From Myxococcales bacterium (GTDB lineage Bacteria > Myxococcota_A > UBA9042): a stretch of 64,000 nt of DNA. Where the stretch lies: contig JBBISH010000013.1 of the NCBI GenBank assembly GCA_037441385.1, positions 19,296 through 83,295 on the forward strand, given 5' to 3'. Below are positions 38,034-47,303 of this stretch, in pieces; positions within the stretch are counted from its first letter, which is position 1; each line of letters starts with the position of its first letter. The notes below the pieces were generated by a model. That model was not told where the DNA came from, ran no database searches, and worked only from the letters and a program-made list of their open reading frames with translations. Both the position numbers and the translations under genes were made by a program.

Positions 38034-38966
38034 CGAATCGCGGCCCTGGTCAAGCAGAGTTCCGCGCCGCGCAACCGCTCGGAGCAGGAAATCGCCGGCT
38101 ACCGCGATGCGCTGGCCCTGATCCACGAGTCGCACGCGCATATGCCCTTTGCAGTCAACGTGATCCTGCAGCTGCACACCATGCTGTTTCGCTATGTGGC
38201 GGGCGATGGCGGGCGCTGGAAGCCGGCCGACAACGACATCATCGAGCGCGACGCGGCGGGCAACCTGTTGCGGGTGCGCTTTGCGGCGGTCCCGGCCGTG
38301 CAGACGCCGCAGGCCATGGCGGATCTGGTCGCGGGCTATCGGCAGGCGGTCGAGCAGGACCTGTGCGAGCCGCTGGTGGCGGTGCCGCTCGCGATCCTCG
38401 ACTTCTTGTGTGTGCATCCCTTTCGCGATGGCAATGGCCGGGTGGCGCGGCTGCTAACTCTGCTCCTGCTCTACCACTTCGACTACCAGGTCGGCCGCTA
38501 CATTTCGCTCGAGCGCATCGTCGAAGAGTCGAACGAGACCTACTACGAGGCCCTGGAGCGGTCCTCGCAGGGCTGGCACCAAGGCGAACACCCGGCGCTG
38601 CCGTGGCTGCGCTACTTTTGGGGCGTGCTGGTCCGCGCCTACGGTGAGTTCGAAGAGCGGGTGGCCGTCCTCGGCAAGGGCCGGGGCAGCAAAGGCCAGC
38701 AAGTGCGCGATGCGGTGCAGAAACGTCTGGGGCCGTTTTCGCTGGGGGATATCGAAGCAGCTTGCCCGGGGGTCAGCCGCGACATGGTACGGGTGGTGCT
38801 GCGCGAACTGCGCGACGCAGGCGCCATCGAGCTGCAAGGCCAGGGCCGCGGGGCGCGCTGGCACAAGAAGCCTGCCTTACCGGTTGCTTACTCTGGCGCC
38901 GCGTCGAATGGCCCTCACCCCCGGCCTACGGCCGACCCCTCTCCCACTGAAGTGGGCGAGGGGTAA
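38034..38966 (+). pseudogene. Fic-domain protein with C-terminal winged HTH, 5'-truncated and fused to the hsdR relic
   Basis: PRNRSEQEIAGYRDAL; HPFRDGNGRVAR; C-terminal CPGVSRDMVRVVLRELRD...GRGARW; native start region missing. Confidence 0.7.
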
Positions 38967-39096
38967 AGGGAAATTGCATTGCCCTTCGCCCAAAGCGTTG
39001 GGAGAGGAGGGGTCCCCGCGGTGAGCGAAGCGAGCGAGTGGCGCCAGCGGCGCCGGGAGAGCGGGGCAGATGCCGAAGGCGGCGGGGTGAGGGCCA
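38909..39096. repeat. REP-like palindromic repeat pair (CCCTCACCCC...CTCTCCC...GGGAGAGG type) in inverted orientation
   Basis: tggccctcacccc at 38909 and ggggtgagggcca at 39084-39096; several internal hairpins. Confidence 0.7.
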
Positions 39097-39192
39097 AGTG
39101 CCAAGGATCGCACAGGTTTCCAACGCATTCACGGCGCCAGTGGCTATGCGGTGAGGCTGGCACAAGAAGGGCCCAACAAGGGGTGAAGAGGG

Positions 39193-40740
39193 ATGCTGAG
39201 TCCGGCTATTTTGTCGAAGATCAATCAGTTGTGGGATCGGTTCTACTCGGGCGGCATCGCCAACACCCTATTGGCCATGGAGCAGATCAGCTACCTGCTG
39301 TTCATGCGCCGGCTGGACGCCACCGACCGCGACCGCGCCGAGAACGCGGATTTTACGGGCATCCCCTACAAGACCGTGTTCACGGTGACGGACAAGGAAG
39401 GCAACACGCTGCCCGCCGACGACCTGCGCTGGAGCAGCTGGCGTCACCTGCCGGCCGAGGACATGCTGAACCACGTGCGCGACAAGGTGTTTCCGTTCAT
39501 CAAGAACCTGGGCGGCGAAGGGGCCAACTTCTCGGCGCGTATGCAAGACGCGGTGTTCCTCATCCCCAAGCCGTCGCTGCTGATCGAAGCGGTCGGCATC
39601 CTGGACGCCATCTACCGCGACATCGACCGCGAGCGCGCCGAGCACGGCCAGGTCTTCCACGATACCCAAGGCGACATCTACGAGTACCTGCTGTCCGAAA
39701 TTGCGACCTCGGGCAAAAACGGCCAGTTCCGCACGCCGCGCCACCTGATCCAGCTGATCGTGGCGATGGTCGACCCCAAGCTGGGCGACGAGATCTGCGA
39801 CCCGGCCTGCGGCACCGGCGGGTTCTTGCTGGGCAGCTACCAGCACATCGTGACCCAGCACACCAGCCCGGCCCAGCGCGTCACCGACGAAAATGGCTTT
39901 GCGTGTGGCCACTTGGGCGATCAGCTGACCGACGAGCGGCAATGGCAGGTGCTCCGTGAACAAACCCTGTACGGCTTTGACTTCGATACGACCATGGTGC
40001 GCATTGGCCTGATGAACCTGATGCTGCACGGCATCGACGCACCCAACCTGAGCTACCAAGACACGCTGGGCAAGCGCTACGACGAGCACGACCGCTACGA
40101 CGTGGTGCTGGCCACCCCGCCGTTCAAGGGCAGCATCGACAAGGGCGACATCCACGAGGGCTTGAAGCTCAAGACCACCAAGACCGAGCTGCTGTTCGTG
40201 GCCAAGATCATCGCCCTTCTGCGCATGGGTGGCCGGGCCGGGGTGATCGTGCCCGACGGCGTCTTGTCCGGATCGTCGAACGCCCACCAAGACTTGCGGA
40301 AGCTCCTGGTCGACGAGTGCCAGCTGCAGGGCGTGCTGTCGATGCCGGCCGGGGTGTTCAAGCCGTACGCGGGCGTGTCGACCGGGGTGCTGTTCTTTGT
40401 GAAAGGCGGGCGGACCGACAAGGTCTGGTTCTACGACATGACGGCCGATGGGCGCTCGCTGGACGACAAACGCGAGAAGGTGAAAGAGAACGATATTCCG
40501 GATGTACTGGCGCGGTGGCGCGGGCGGGATCCGGCGCGGGATACGGATCGGGCGGGGAAGGCGTTTTTTGTGGGTGTCGAGGAGATCCGGGCGGCGAAAT
40601 ATGACTTGAGTATCAATCGGTACAAGCAGGTCCGGTACGAGGCGGTGGAGCATGAGGCGCCGGGGGTGATTTTGGCGAGGTTGCGGGATCTGGAGGCGGA
40701 GATTAGTCGGGAGATCGAGGAGTTGGGGGGGATGGTGTGA
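39193..40740 (+). CDS. hsdM: Type I R-M methyltransferase subunit (catalytic motif reads TPPF)
   Basis: GDIYEYLL, GQFRTPRHLI, DPACGTGGFL, VVLATPPF, GVFKPYAGVST. Confidence 0.92.
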   Translation: MLSPAILSKINQLWDRFYSGGIANTLLAMEQISYLLFMRRLDATDRDRAENADFTGIPYKTVFTVTDKEGNTLPADDLRWSSWRHLPAEDMLNHVRDKVFPFIKNLGGEGANFSARMQDAVFLIPKPSLLIEAVGILDAIYRDIDRERAEHGQVFHDTQGDIYEYLLSEIATSGKNGQFRTPRHLIQLIVAMVDPKLGDEICDPACGTGGFLLGSYQHIVTQHTSPAQRVTDENGFACGHLGDQLTDERQWQVLREQTLYGFDFDTTMVRIGLMNLMLHGIDAPNLSYQDTLGKRYDEHDRYDVVLATPPFKGSIDKGDIHEGLKLKTTKTELLFVAKIIALLRMGGRAGVIVPDGVLSGSSNAHQDLRKLLVDECQLQGVLSMPAGVFKPYAGVSTGVLFFVKGGRTDKVWFYDMTADGRSLDDKREKVKENDIPDVLARWRGRDPARDTDRAGKAFFVGVEEIRAAKYDLSINRYKQVRYEAVEHEAPGVILARLRDLEAEISREIEELGGMV

Positions 40741-41960
40741 TGGGGACCACAGAAACTGTGCCAGGTTGGCGCCTGCTACGGCTTGATGAAGTCGCAGAGA
40801 TCGGGTCCGGCGTGACCAAGGGGCGCAAACTCGGCGACCGGGGCACGGCGGTGGTGCCCTATCTCAGAGTGGCCAACGTGCAAGCTGGAAGGATCATCGT
40901 GGATGACGTGGCCACAATGGCCGTGCCGATTGAGGAGGTTGCCAGATTCGCGCTGTGTGCGGGCGATGTGCTGATGACCGAAGGCGGAGATCCCGACAAG
41001 CTAGGTCGAGGGGCGGTTTGGGACGGGAGCATTGAACCTTGTGTCCACCAGAATCATGTGTTTCGGGTTCGCGCAGACCAGAGCCAGCTTCTGCCAAAAT
41101 ACCTTGAAGCCTACTTGGGGGCGCGGGATGCACGCACCTACTTTGCCCGTTGCGCGAAACAAACTACGGGCATCGCATCGATCAACAAGACCCAGTTGTC
41201 GGCCTTTCCAGTATTGCTCCCACCCCTCCCCGACCAACGCCGCATCGCCGCCATCCTCGACAAAGCCGACGGCATCCGCCGCAAGCGCCGCGAGGTGGTC
41301 CGGCTGGCCGATGAGTTCTTGAAGTCGGCGTTCTTGGAGATGTTTGGGGATCCTGTTGGGAATCCGCGGGGGTGGCGGATCCGGCAGATGGACGACCTAA
41401 TCAGCGACATCCAGTACGGCACCGCCGACCCGGCCAAAGAGACCGGCGACGGGCTGCCGATCCTGCGCATGAACAACCTGACCTACGATGGCCGCATCGA
41501 CTTGGCCAGTCTCAAGTGGTGTCCGATTGCGGAGCGCGAGTTCGAGCAGTACACGGTGCGGCGAGGCGATCTGCTGTTCAATCGGACCAATAGCCCGGAA
41601 TTGGTGGGCAAGACGGCAGTGTGGAACCGCGAGGAGCGCTATGCGTTCGCCGGGTACCTTATCCGCGTTCGGTTTCACTCCAACCTGGCGACGCCCGAGT
41701 ATGTGTCAGGCTGGCTCAACAGCGCCCAGGGCAAAGCCTACCTGTTCGCAAAAGCCAAGGCGTCGAACAACATGTCGAATTTCAGCGCTGGGATGTTTCG
41801 GACGATTCCGATTGCCGTCCCGCCTGTCGATCAACAGCAGCGCTTTTCGCAAGTGGTGGCCGCGGTGGCCAAGCTCCGCGGGCGAGCGGAAGAGGCGGTG
41901 AGTGCCGCCGACCGGCTGTTCGAGTCGCTGGTGGATCGGGCGTTTTCGGGGGCGTTGTAG
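40737..41960 (+). CDS. hsdS: Type I R-M specificity subunit
   Basis: Two TRDs with conserved LPPLPDQRRIAAILDKAD, FLEMFGDP and VPPVDQQQRF; GTGA overlap with hsdM. Confidence 0.93.
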   Translation: MMGTTETVPGWRLLRLDEVAEIGSGVTKGRKLGDRGTAVVPYLRVANVQAGRIIVDDVATMAVPIEEVARFALCAGDVLMTEGGDPDKLGRGAVWDGSIEPCVHQNHVFRVRADQSQLLPKYLEAYLGARDARTYFARCAKQTTGIASINKTQLSAFPVLLPPLPDQRRIAAILDKADGIRRKRREVVRLADEFLKSAFLEMFGDPVGNPRGWRIRQMDDLISDIQYGTADPAKETGDGLPILRMNNLTYDGRIDLASLKWCPIAEREFEQYTVRRGDLLFNRTNSPELVGKTAVWNREERYAFAGYLIRVRFHSNLATPEYVSGWLNSAQGKAYLFAKAKASNNMSNFSAGMFRTIPIAVPPVDQQQRFSQVVAAVAKLRGRAEEAVSAADRLFESLVDRAFSGAL

Positions 41961-41991
41961 AGCACGTTGTCTGGAGCCCAGGGAGACGCAA

Positions 41992-42972
41992 ATGGCAAGA
42001 AATGGACCACATCGACGGCGCAAGCGCAGCCAGCAGCGCGACGCTCCCGCAGGCAACCCCCTGGCAGGGCTCGACCCGGTAATAGCGGGTTACGCGACGG
42101 TCTTCGTGGACCTCCTCGGAATGTCCCAGGAACTGCGTCGCTTCGACGGTCTGGCTGGTGGGCCCAACCCAGACCGTGCCGTGGAGGTTGTGCGCCGGAC
42201 AGCGATGGCCATTGTGCTGTTCCGCAAGCACTTTCACCAATACCTGCAGTTCTTCTATGGTCGCGAAGTCCGCGCGCTGCCATCAGACCTGCCGGCCGGC
42301 GCCCAAGGGATTTGGCGCGAGTTCCACGGCGGCCCGCGGCCACTTGTCCAGGGCTTTGGCGACTCGGTAGCCATCTCGGTACGCCTAGACTACACGAACC
42401 GTCTCGCCATGGTTCGGGGAATCTACGCACAGTTCCACGCCACGGCCGGTGCCTCCTTGAACATGGCTTACACGCTGGGTCAGTTCTTACGCGGTGGGGT
42501 GGCCCTTGGATATGGCTGCGTTTTGGACGGCAAGGAAGTGATCGGCGCGGGAATCGCCAAAGCGGTCAAGCTGGAGAAGGACGCCTGCTTTCCGCGCGTA
42601 CGAGTAGACCAAGAGGTGATAGATTTTCTAGGGACCCCTGTGCCGGTGCGCGGTGACGAGGAAGGTGACGACCGCATCAGGCTAGAACTCGAGATCTGGT
42701 TGCGTCAAAGGTGTTTCGGACTTTTGCAGAAGGAAGGCGCCGAGTGGTACATCGACATGCTGCACCCGGAGGCCTGTGAGGGTTGGTTGCCCATTGGGCA
42801 AGTGCTGGACGGCCTTGAAACACAGGCCCGCGATCAGCGCGCGAGAGCATTGCAGTCGGGCATGGCGCAGGAAGATCGGGAGAAAGTCGCGAAAAAGTAC
42901 GATTGGGTGTTGGAGCAGGTCGACTTGGCACGAGGAAGGATGACAGTGGCAAAGGAGGTCCCAGCGCCATGA
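41992..42972 (+). CDS. Stand-alone class III nucleotide-cyclase-like protein
   Basis: TVFVDLLG and QGFGDSV (two metal-binding Asp), FLRGGVALG, GAGIAKAVKLEK, FPRVRVD. Confidence 0.6.
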   Translation: MARNGPHRRRKRSQQRDAPAGNPLAGLDPVIAGYATVFVDLLGMSQELRRFDGLAGGPNPDRAVEVVRRTAMAIVLFRKHFHQYLQFFYGREVRALPSDLPAGAQGIWREFHGGPRPLVQGFGDSVAISVRLDYTNRLAMVRGIYAQFHATAGASLNMAYTLGQFLRGGVALGYGCVLDGKEVIGAGIAKAVKLEKDACFPRVRVDQEVIDFLGTPVPVRGDEEGDDRIRLELEIWLRQRCFGLLQKEGAEWYIDMLHPEACEGWLPIGQVLDGLETQARDQRARALQSGMAQEDREKVAKKYDWVLEQVDLARGRMTVAKEVPAP

Positions 42973-43943
42973 ACAACACTTCGGCGCGCGCGCCGGACCT
43001 TACCGCCCACGAGCAGAACAAGAGGCTTCAGCTGGGCGACATGACCGTCTACCTGGTCGAGCGACACAACTGGGCCCTGGTGCCATGGGCCCAGGTCAAG
43101 AGCGAGCACGAAGCGCAACCACTGGTCCTGCTCTCGCTGGACTACCATCAGGACAGCCTGCCGCCGTTCAACCGCCACTGCGGCTGCCATTGCGTCCTCG
43201 ACGAAGTCACGGGGCCGGCCGTCGAGCGAGAGTTGGCTGCGATTGACCGCCGCTATCCAGTGTCCGTAGCGGCCGCAGCCGGCAAGCTGAACCACGACGA
43301 GCAGACTGCGACGGCCGTGCGGCTGGGCATTTTTGAAGCGGCGTTTGTCGTCAGCTTCCAGCAAGGCTCCTGCGAAACACCGAAGTCCCACCAGCAGGAA
43401 CGATATATGGCCCAGTTCGAGCTGGACGCCATGATTGCGCGTGGCGGCCGTGCCCCAAGAGAGATGCCGCCCCGACCGCACACCTACCCTCGGTCCAAGG
43501 ATGGACTGTACCTCGTTGGCAGCAGTTGCACGCCGGGCTGTCGCAAACGCCCCCACGACGACGACTGCAATCAACGCGAGCACGACGCAGCGATCGATTC
43601 CGACTACCTTGAATCCCGGCTCGGCACAGCGAACGAGATGGCCACGAGTGCCCTCGGCTGGTCCAGCTGGCGACAAAACCCGTACGTCCTCGACGTGGAT
43701 CTGGACTATTTCAACACGCGGAAGTCCGTTGCTCCGCCAGACCCGACCTTGTTTCACGCCTTGATCAAGGGCGCGGTGGCGATGACGATTGCGATGGAAC
43801 GGAACTGTGTACAGAACTGCGCGCTGAGCGGGGAGGAGCTGGACGCCGATTGGCTCCTGGAGCGGGTGCTGGAGCATGTGAAGGTCGCGCGCGGGCCGAG
43901 CATGAAAGGCGAGTCCAAGTCTCGCTCGGCGGCGCGGCGGTGA
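42969..43943 (+). CDS. UPF0489-family protein (arginase/deacetylase-like metallohydrolase fold)
   Basis: VYLVERHNWAL, LLSLDYHQD, VLDVDLDYF, TIAME motifs; ATGA overlap with the upstream gene; GGAGG RBS. Confidence 0.7.
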   Translation: MNNTSARAPDLTAHEQNKRLQLGDMTVYLVERHNWALVPWAQVKSEHEAQPLVLLSLDYHQDSLPPFNRHCGCHCVLDEVTGPAVERELAAIDRRYPVSVAAAAGKLNHDEQTATAVRLGIFEAAFVVSFQQGSCETPKSHQQERYMAQFELDAMIARGGRAPREMPPRPHTYPRSKDGLYLVGSSCTPGCRKRPHDDDCNQREHDAAIDSDYLESRLGTANEMATSALGWSSWRQNPYVLDVDLDYFNTRKSVAPPDPTLFHALIKGAVAMTIAMERNCVQNCALSGEELDADWLLERVLEHVKVARGPSMKGESKSRSAARR

Positions 43944-44075
43944 GCACAGATGGTCACTTGCCTTGCGGCAAGACATGCCGATCGCCTTGGCGGGGAGCCC
44001 TACACCATTGACTTAGCAGCGCAACTCTGGCGCCCCCCCCCATCTCACACTTGCAGCACCGCGTCGAACTCGACT

Positions 44076-44720
44076 ATGCTCATCTCCGCGCAGCCCAGCC
44101 CCTGCGCCCACGGAAAAGCGGTGGAATTCGACAGCCCGGCCATCCAACTCGCGAACTGGGTTCAGCAAAACTACCCGTTCGCCAAGCTGGAGCCGCTGAC
44201 TCACCTCAAGCTGCAGAAGCTGGCGTTCTACGTCTACGGCGCCGCCATGGCGTTTGACCAGGATCGCGTGCTGCCGGGCGTGACGTTTGAGGCATGGCAG
44301 CACGGCCCGGTATGCCGGCCGATTTGGCTGCACTACCGCGAAACGGGGCGCGACGCGTTGCCGCCGAGTACTTGTGCGCCGGTTGAGCTGCCGGTCAGCG
44401 CGGCGGAGCCGATGCTCGACGCCTTGGCGGTGTACGGCCTGCTGCGAACCTGGCCGCTCCGGCAGCAGAGCCACCTGGAAGATCCCTGGAAGACCAGCTA
44501 TTCGGCCCAGGACCGCACGATCGATCCCGAGCTGATGCGCGAACACTTCCACCGCAAGTTCAACCGCGGCGCCGTGGCCTGGCCTGAGTACTTGGTTGGC
44601 GCGGGAAGCCTGCGGCTCGACGGCATTCCGGTGGCGCAGCACGCGAGCTTGCGGTCGCTGGCCGACGCTGTGCGGGCCACCGCCCGTCGGCTGGAAGCGG
44701 GCCGTGCAGAAGTGCGGTAG
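44076..44720 (+). CDS. Panacea/SocA (DUF4065) antitoxin-domain protein (alternative start GTG 44121)
   Basis: LTHLKLQKLAFYVYG, FEAWQHGPV, LRQQSHLEDPW. Confidence 0.85.
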   Translation: MLISAQPSPCAHGKAVEFDSPAIQLANWVQQNYPFAKLEPLTHLKLQKLAFYVYGAAMAFDQDRVLPGVTFEAWQHGPVCRPIWLHYRETGRDALPPSTCAPVELPVSAAEPMLDALAVYGLLRTWPLRQQSHLEDPWKTSYSAQDRTIDPELMREHFHRKFNRGAVAWPEYLVGAGSLRLDGIPVAQHASLRSLADAVRATARRLEAGRAEVR

Positions 44721-45477
44721 CTGCCACCAAATTCGAACCCGCTGGCTGGCGGAAGGCCAAGGCTACCGCTGCGACCGGGGCCGGCTGTGCGACTGGCTAG
44801 ACCGGCGGACGATCGAGCTTGCCGTAGCCCAGCGGGGAGGAGCGCGGATTTCTGTTGGCGAGATTCGGAAGATCTCAGAATCCATCACAAACGGGCACGC
44901 CATGGCGATGGCCTGGGTCGACTATGCCAACGAGTGGCCCGAAACGGGCCCCGAATTGGTCAGTTTGGCCTGCTACCTGCACGAGTTGGTCTTCGACGGA
45001 TCTGGGCTACAGTTCGCCGGCAGGCTTCGTACACCGGCGGATCCTGAGGTCTTTGTCGACGCTGGACGGCATCAAGTCCGTGGAGTTGCTGCGTCCGACC
45101 TGGAGTTGGCCATCGGCACCGTCATGGCAGACGCCCGCGGGCGCCTGTTTTCAGAGAATGTTTCCGATTTGGCGCGGGGATGCGCGATTCTGCTTGAAGG
45201 TTTGTTCCGCGCTCACCCCTTTCTGGACGGGAACGGCCGGGTGGGGCGATTGCTGATACGCCTTTATGTCCGCCGCACCGGCCAGTTTCAAACCCGCGAT
45301 TTTGACACCACCGGCAAGGCCGGCCGGCGCTACCTGGGCGGACTACGCCATGCGCGAAAGGCCATTCGCGAGACGGGCGGGCCGCCGCGGGACCCGTTTG
45401 GACTACTGGCCCGGTGGGTCGAAAGCCATATTGTCGTGGAGGATCTTGACGACGATACGGACGAACTCGCAGGCTAG
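44704..45477 (+). CDS. Fic/Doc-family toxin with Cys-rich N-terminus (start uncertain)
   Basis: LHELVF, FAGRLRT, HPFLDGNGRVGR; overlaps the end of the Panacea gene. Confidence 0.8.
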   Translation: MQKCGSCHQIRTRWLAEGQGYRCDRGRLCDWLDRRTIELAVAQRGGARISVGEIRKISESITNGHAMAMAWVDYANEWPETGPELVSLACYLHELVFDGSGLQFAGRLRTPADPEVFVDAGRHQVRGVAASDLELAIGTVMADARGRLFSENVSDLARGCAILLEGLFRAHPFLDGNGRVGRLLIRLYVRRTGQFQTRDFDTTGKAGRRYLGGLRHARKAIRETGGPPRDPFGLLARWVESHIVVEDLDDDTDELAG

Positions 45478-45673
45478 CGCCCCAGGTGCGCAGGGATGGG
45501 GCCTCCAGGAAACAGTAGCAGCTGTGGCGCCACCCTCTCGCAGCGGCTACTGACTTGGCAAAGGCAGTGCAAAACTCGGCGGCCGCGGAAGGTGCCCGTT
45601 CCACCCCTTGCCACCCCAGCCACTTCCTGGCACAACAAGCTCACAGCCGATCCGCGCAACCAGGAGCCCGACC

Positions 45674-46366
45674 ATGGACCTCACCCTTGTCCCCGACCCA
45701 AGCAGCGACCAGAGCAGTGACCCCGCCGTCGACGCCGCCGTCCAATGGATCAACCACGCCGTCCAGTCGAGCGGCGTGCGCCTGGCGATCGAACTGAGCG
45801 AGTACGTGCTGACCACGTTCTTTGGCGGCGATTTCGCGGCCTTCACCGATCACGACCGCACCAAGCCGCAGAGCTTTGCCGCGCTGGTCCGCCGCAAAGA
45901 CCTGGCCATCCGCGAAAACACCCTGTACCGGCTGGTCCGCATCGGCCAGCAGGCCCGCCAACTGCCCAGCGCCGTGGCCGAGGCCCTGACACCGACCCAC
46001 CACCGAGTCCTGCTGGGGGTCCGCGACCTGCGCCACAAGGGGCGCCTGGCGCGCGAGGCAGCGGAACAGGGTTGGACGGTGGCGCAGCTGGACCAACAGG
46101 TCAAAGCGCTGTCGCCGCAAAGCAAAGGCAAGACGGGCCGGCCGCCGCTGCCGCCGATCATCAAGGCCATGGGCGATGTCACGCGCAGTTGGCACCGCGG
46201 CGTGGACGTGGCTGGGTTCGCCCAGGCGTATGTCGCGCTCTCGCCGGAACACCGCTCCGAGCTGCGCGCCGAAGTGGCAAAGCTGGAGGCCGACTTGGCG
46301 GCGATCCGGCGGGCGTTGCAGGATCTGAGCGAAGGTGGCGACGTGGAGCCGACAGTCGTGGGATAG
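45674..46366 (+). CDS. Hypothetical HTH-like protein (paralog of 54625-55284)
   Basis: AGGAG RBS; LTPTHHRVLL...EAAEQGWTVAQL...GRPPLP, ParB/DUF1016-like helical pattern. Confidence 0.7.
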   Translation: MDLTLVPDPSSDQSSDPAVDAAVQWINHAVQSSGVRLAIELSEYVLTTFFGGDFAAFTDHDRTKPQSFAALVRRKDLAIRENTLYRLVRIGQQARQLPSAVAEALTPTHHRVLLGVRDLRHKGRLAREAAEQGWTVAQLDQQVKALSPQSKGKTGRPPLPPIIKAMGDVTRSWHRGVDVAGFAQAYVALSPEHRSELRAEVAKLEADLAAIRRALQDLSEGGDVEPTVVG

Positions 46367-46448
46367 CTGCGCCAGACCTTGCAGTCTTTCTTCGTGCGCA
46401 ATGACCGGCCCGATCCACTGACGCAAATACTCAATAATCAGATGGACT

Positions 46449-46512
46449 TTGCATTGCCCCTCGCCCAAAGCGTTGGGAGAGGGGCAGTCGCGAAGCGACG
46501 GGGTGAGGGCCA
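46449..46512. repeat. REP-like palindromic repeat, single unit
   Basis: First 34 nt match 38974-39007 with one mismatch; ends ggggtgagggcca. Confidence 0.7.
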
Positions 46513-46598
46513 CAACCACCCGGAACCACAACACTCCCCGTCCGCAGTGCCACCGCTCGCCACAATCCGGCAACGTAAGTGCCAACGTCTAGGACCCC

Positions 46599-47297
46599 AT
46601 GGACCCCGCAACCCTCCTCGACCAGCTCCTCAGCGAGCTCACCGCCCGCGCCGATCCCGCGCGCGCCGTCGGCGCCAAGGCGTACCTGAAAAGCGAGCTG
46701 CGCTTCTTGGGGGTGGCCGTGCCCGAGCTGCGCGCCACGACCCTGCGCCACTGCCAGGCGGCCGGCAAGCTCGAGGCCCGGCACCTGCGCGAATTCGCCG
46801 AGCTGTGCTGGCAGAGCGACCTGCACGAGGCGCGCGGCGCGGCGTGTGTCGTGCTGGAAAAGTGGCCGAACCGGCTGAGCGTGGACGACCTGCCCTGGCT
46901 GGAAACGCTGTTGCGACGGAGCTTTACGTGGGCCTACGTGGACGTGCTGGCGGTGCACACCGTGGGCAACATCGTCGCCCGTCACCCGGAGGCGGCCAAG
47001 GCGGTGCTGGCGCGCTGGGCAGTCGACCCCGACTTCTGGCTGCGGCGGACGGCACTGCTGGCGCTGCTGGGCGAGGCGCGCCACAAAAAGCCCTTCGACA
47101 CGGCCAGCTTCGAGGCGTGGGCGGTGCCGCTGCTGGTCGAGCGCGAGTTCTTCATCCGCAAGGCCATCGGTTGGGTGCTCCGCGACGTGAGCAAGCGCGA
47201 GCCGGCCTGGGTGCAGGGCTTTGTCGAGCGGCACCGGGGCCAGATGGCCGGGCTGACACTTCGCGAGGCGAGCAAGTATCTTCCGCAAGCAGGGTAG
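46599..47297 (+). CDS. DNA alkylation repair protein (AlkD-like)
   Basis: AYLKSELRFLGVAVPELR, TWAYVD, DFWLRRTALL, EFFIRKAIGWVLR, REASKYL. Confidence 0.9.
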   Translation: MDPATLLDQLLSELTARADPARAVGAKAYLKSELRFLGVAVPELRATTLRHCQAAGKLEARHLREFAELCWQSDLHEARGAACVVLEKWPNRLSVDDLPWLETLLRRSFTWAYVDVLAVHTVGNIVARHPEAAKAVLARWAVDPDFWLRRTALLALLGEARHKKPFDTASFEAWAVPLLVEREFFIRKAIGWVLRDVSKREPAWVQGFVERHRGQMAGLTLREASKYLPQAG

Positions 47298-47303
47298 GCG
47301 TCC

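Noticed and set aside
44713..44727. CGSCH in the Fic toxin as a heme c site
   Set aside because: No export signal and Fic is cytoplasmic; more likely zinc-binding or chance.
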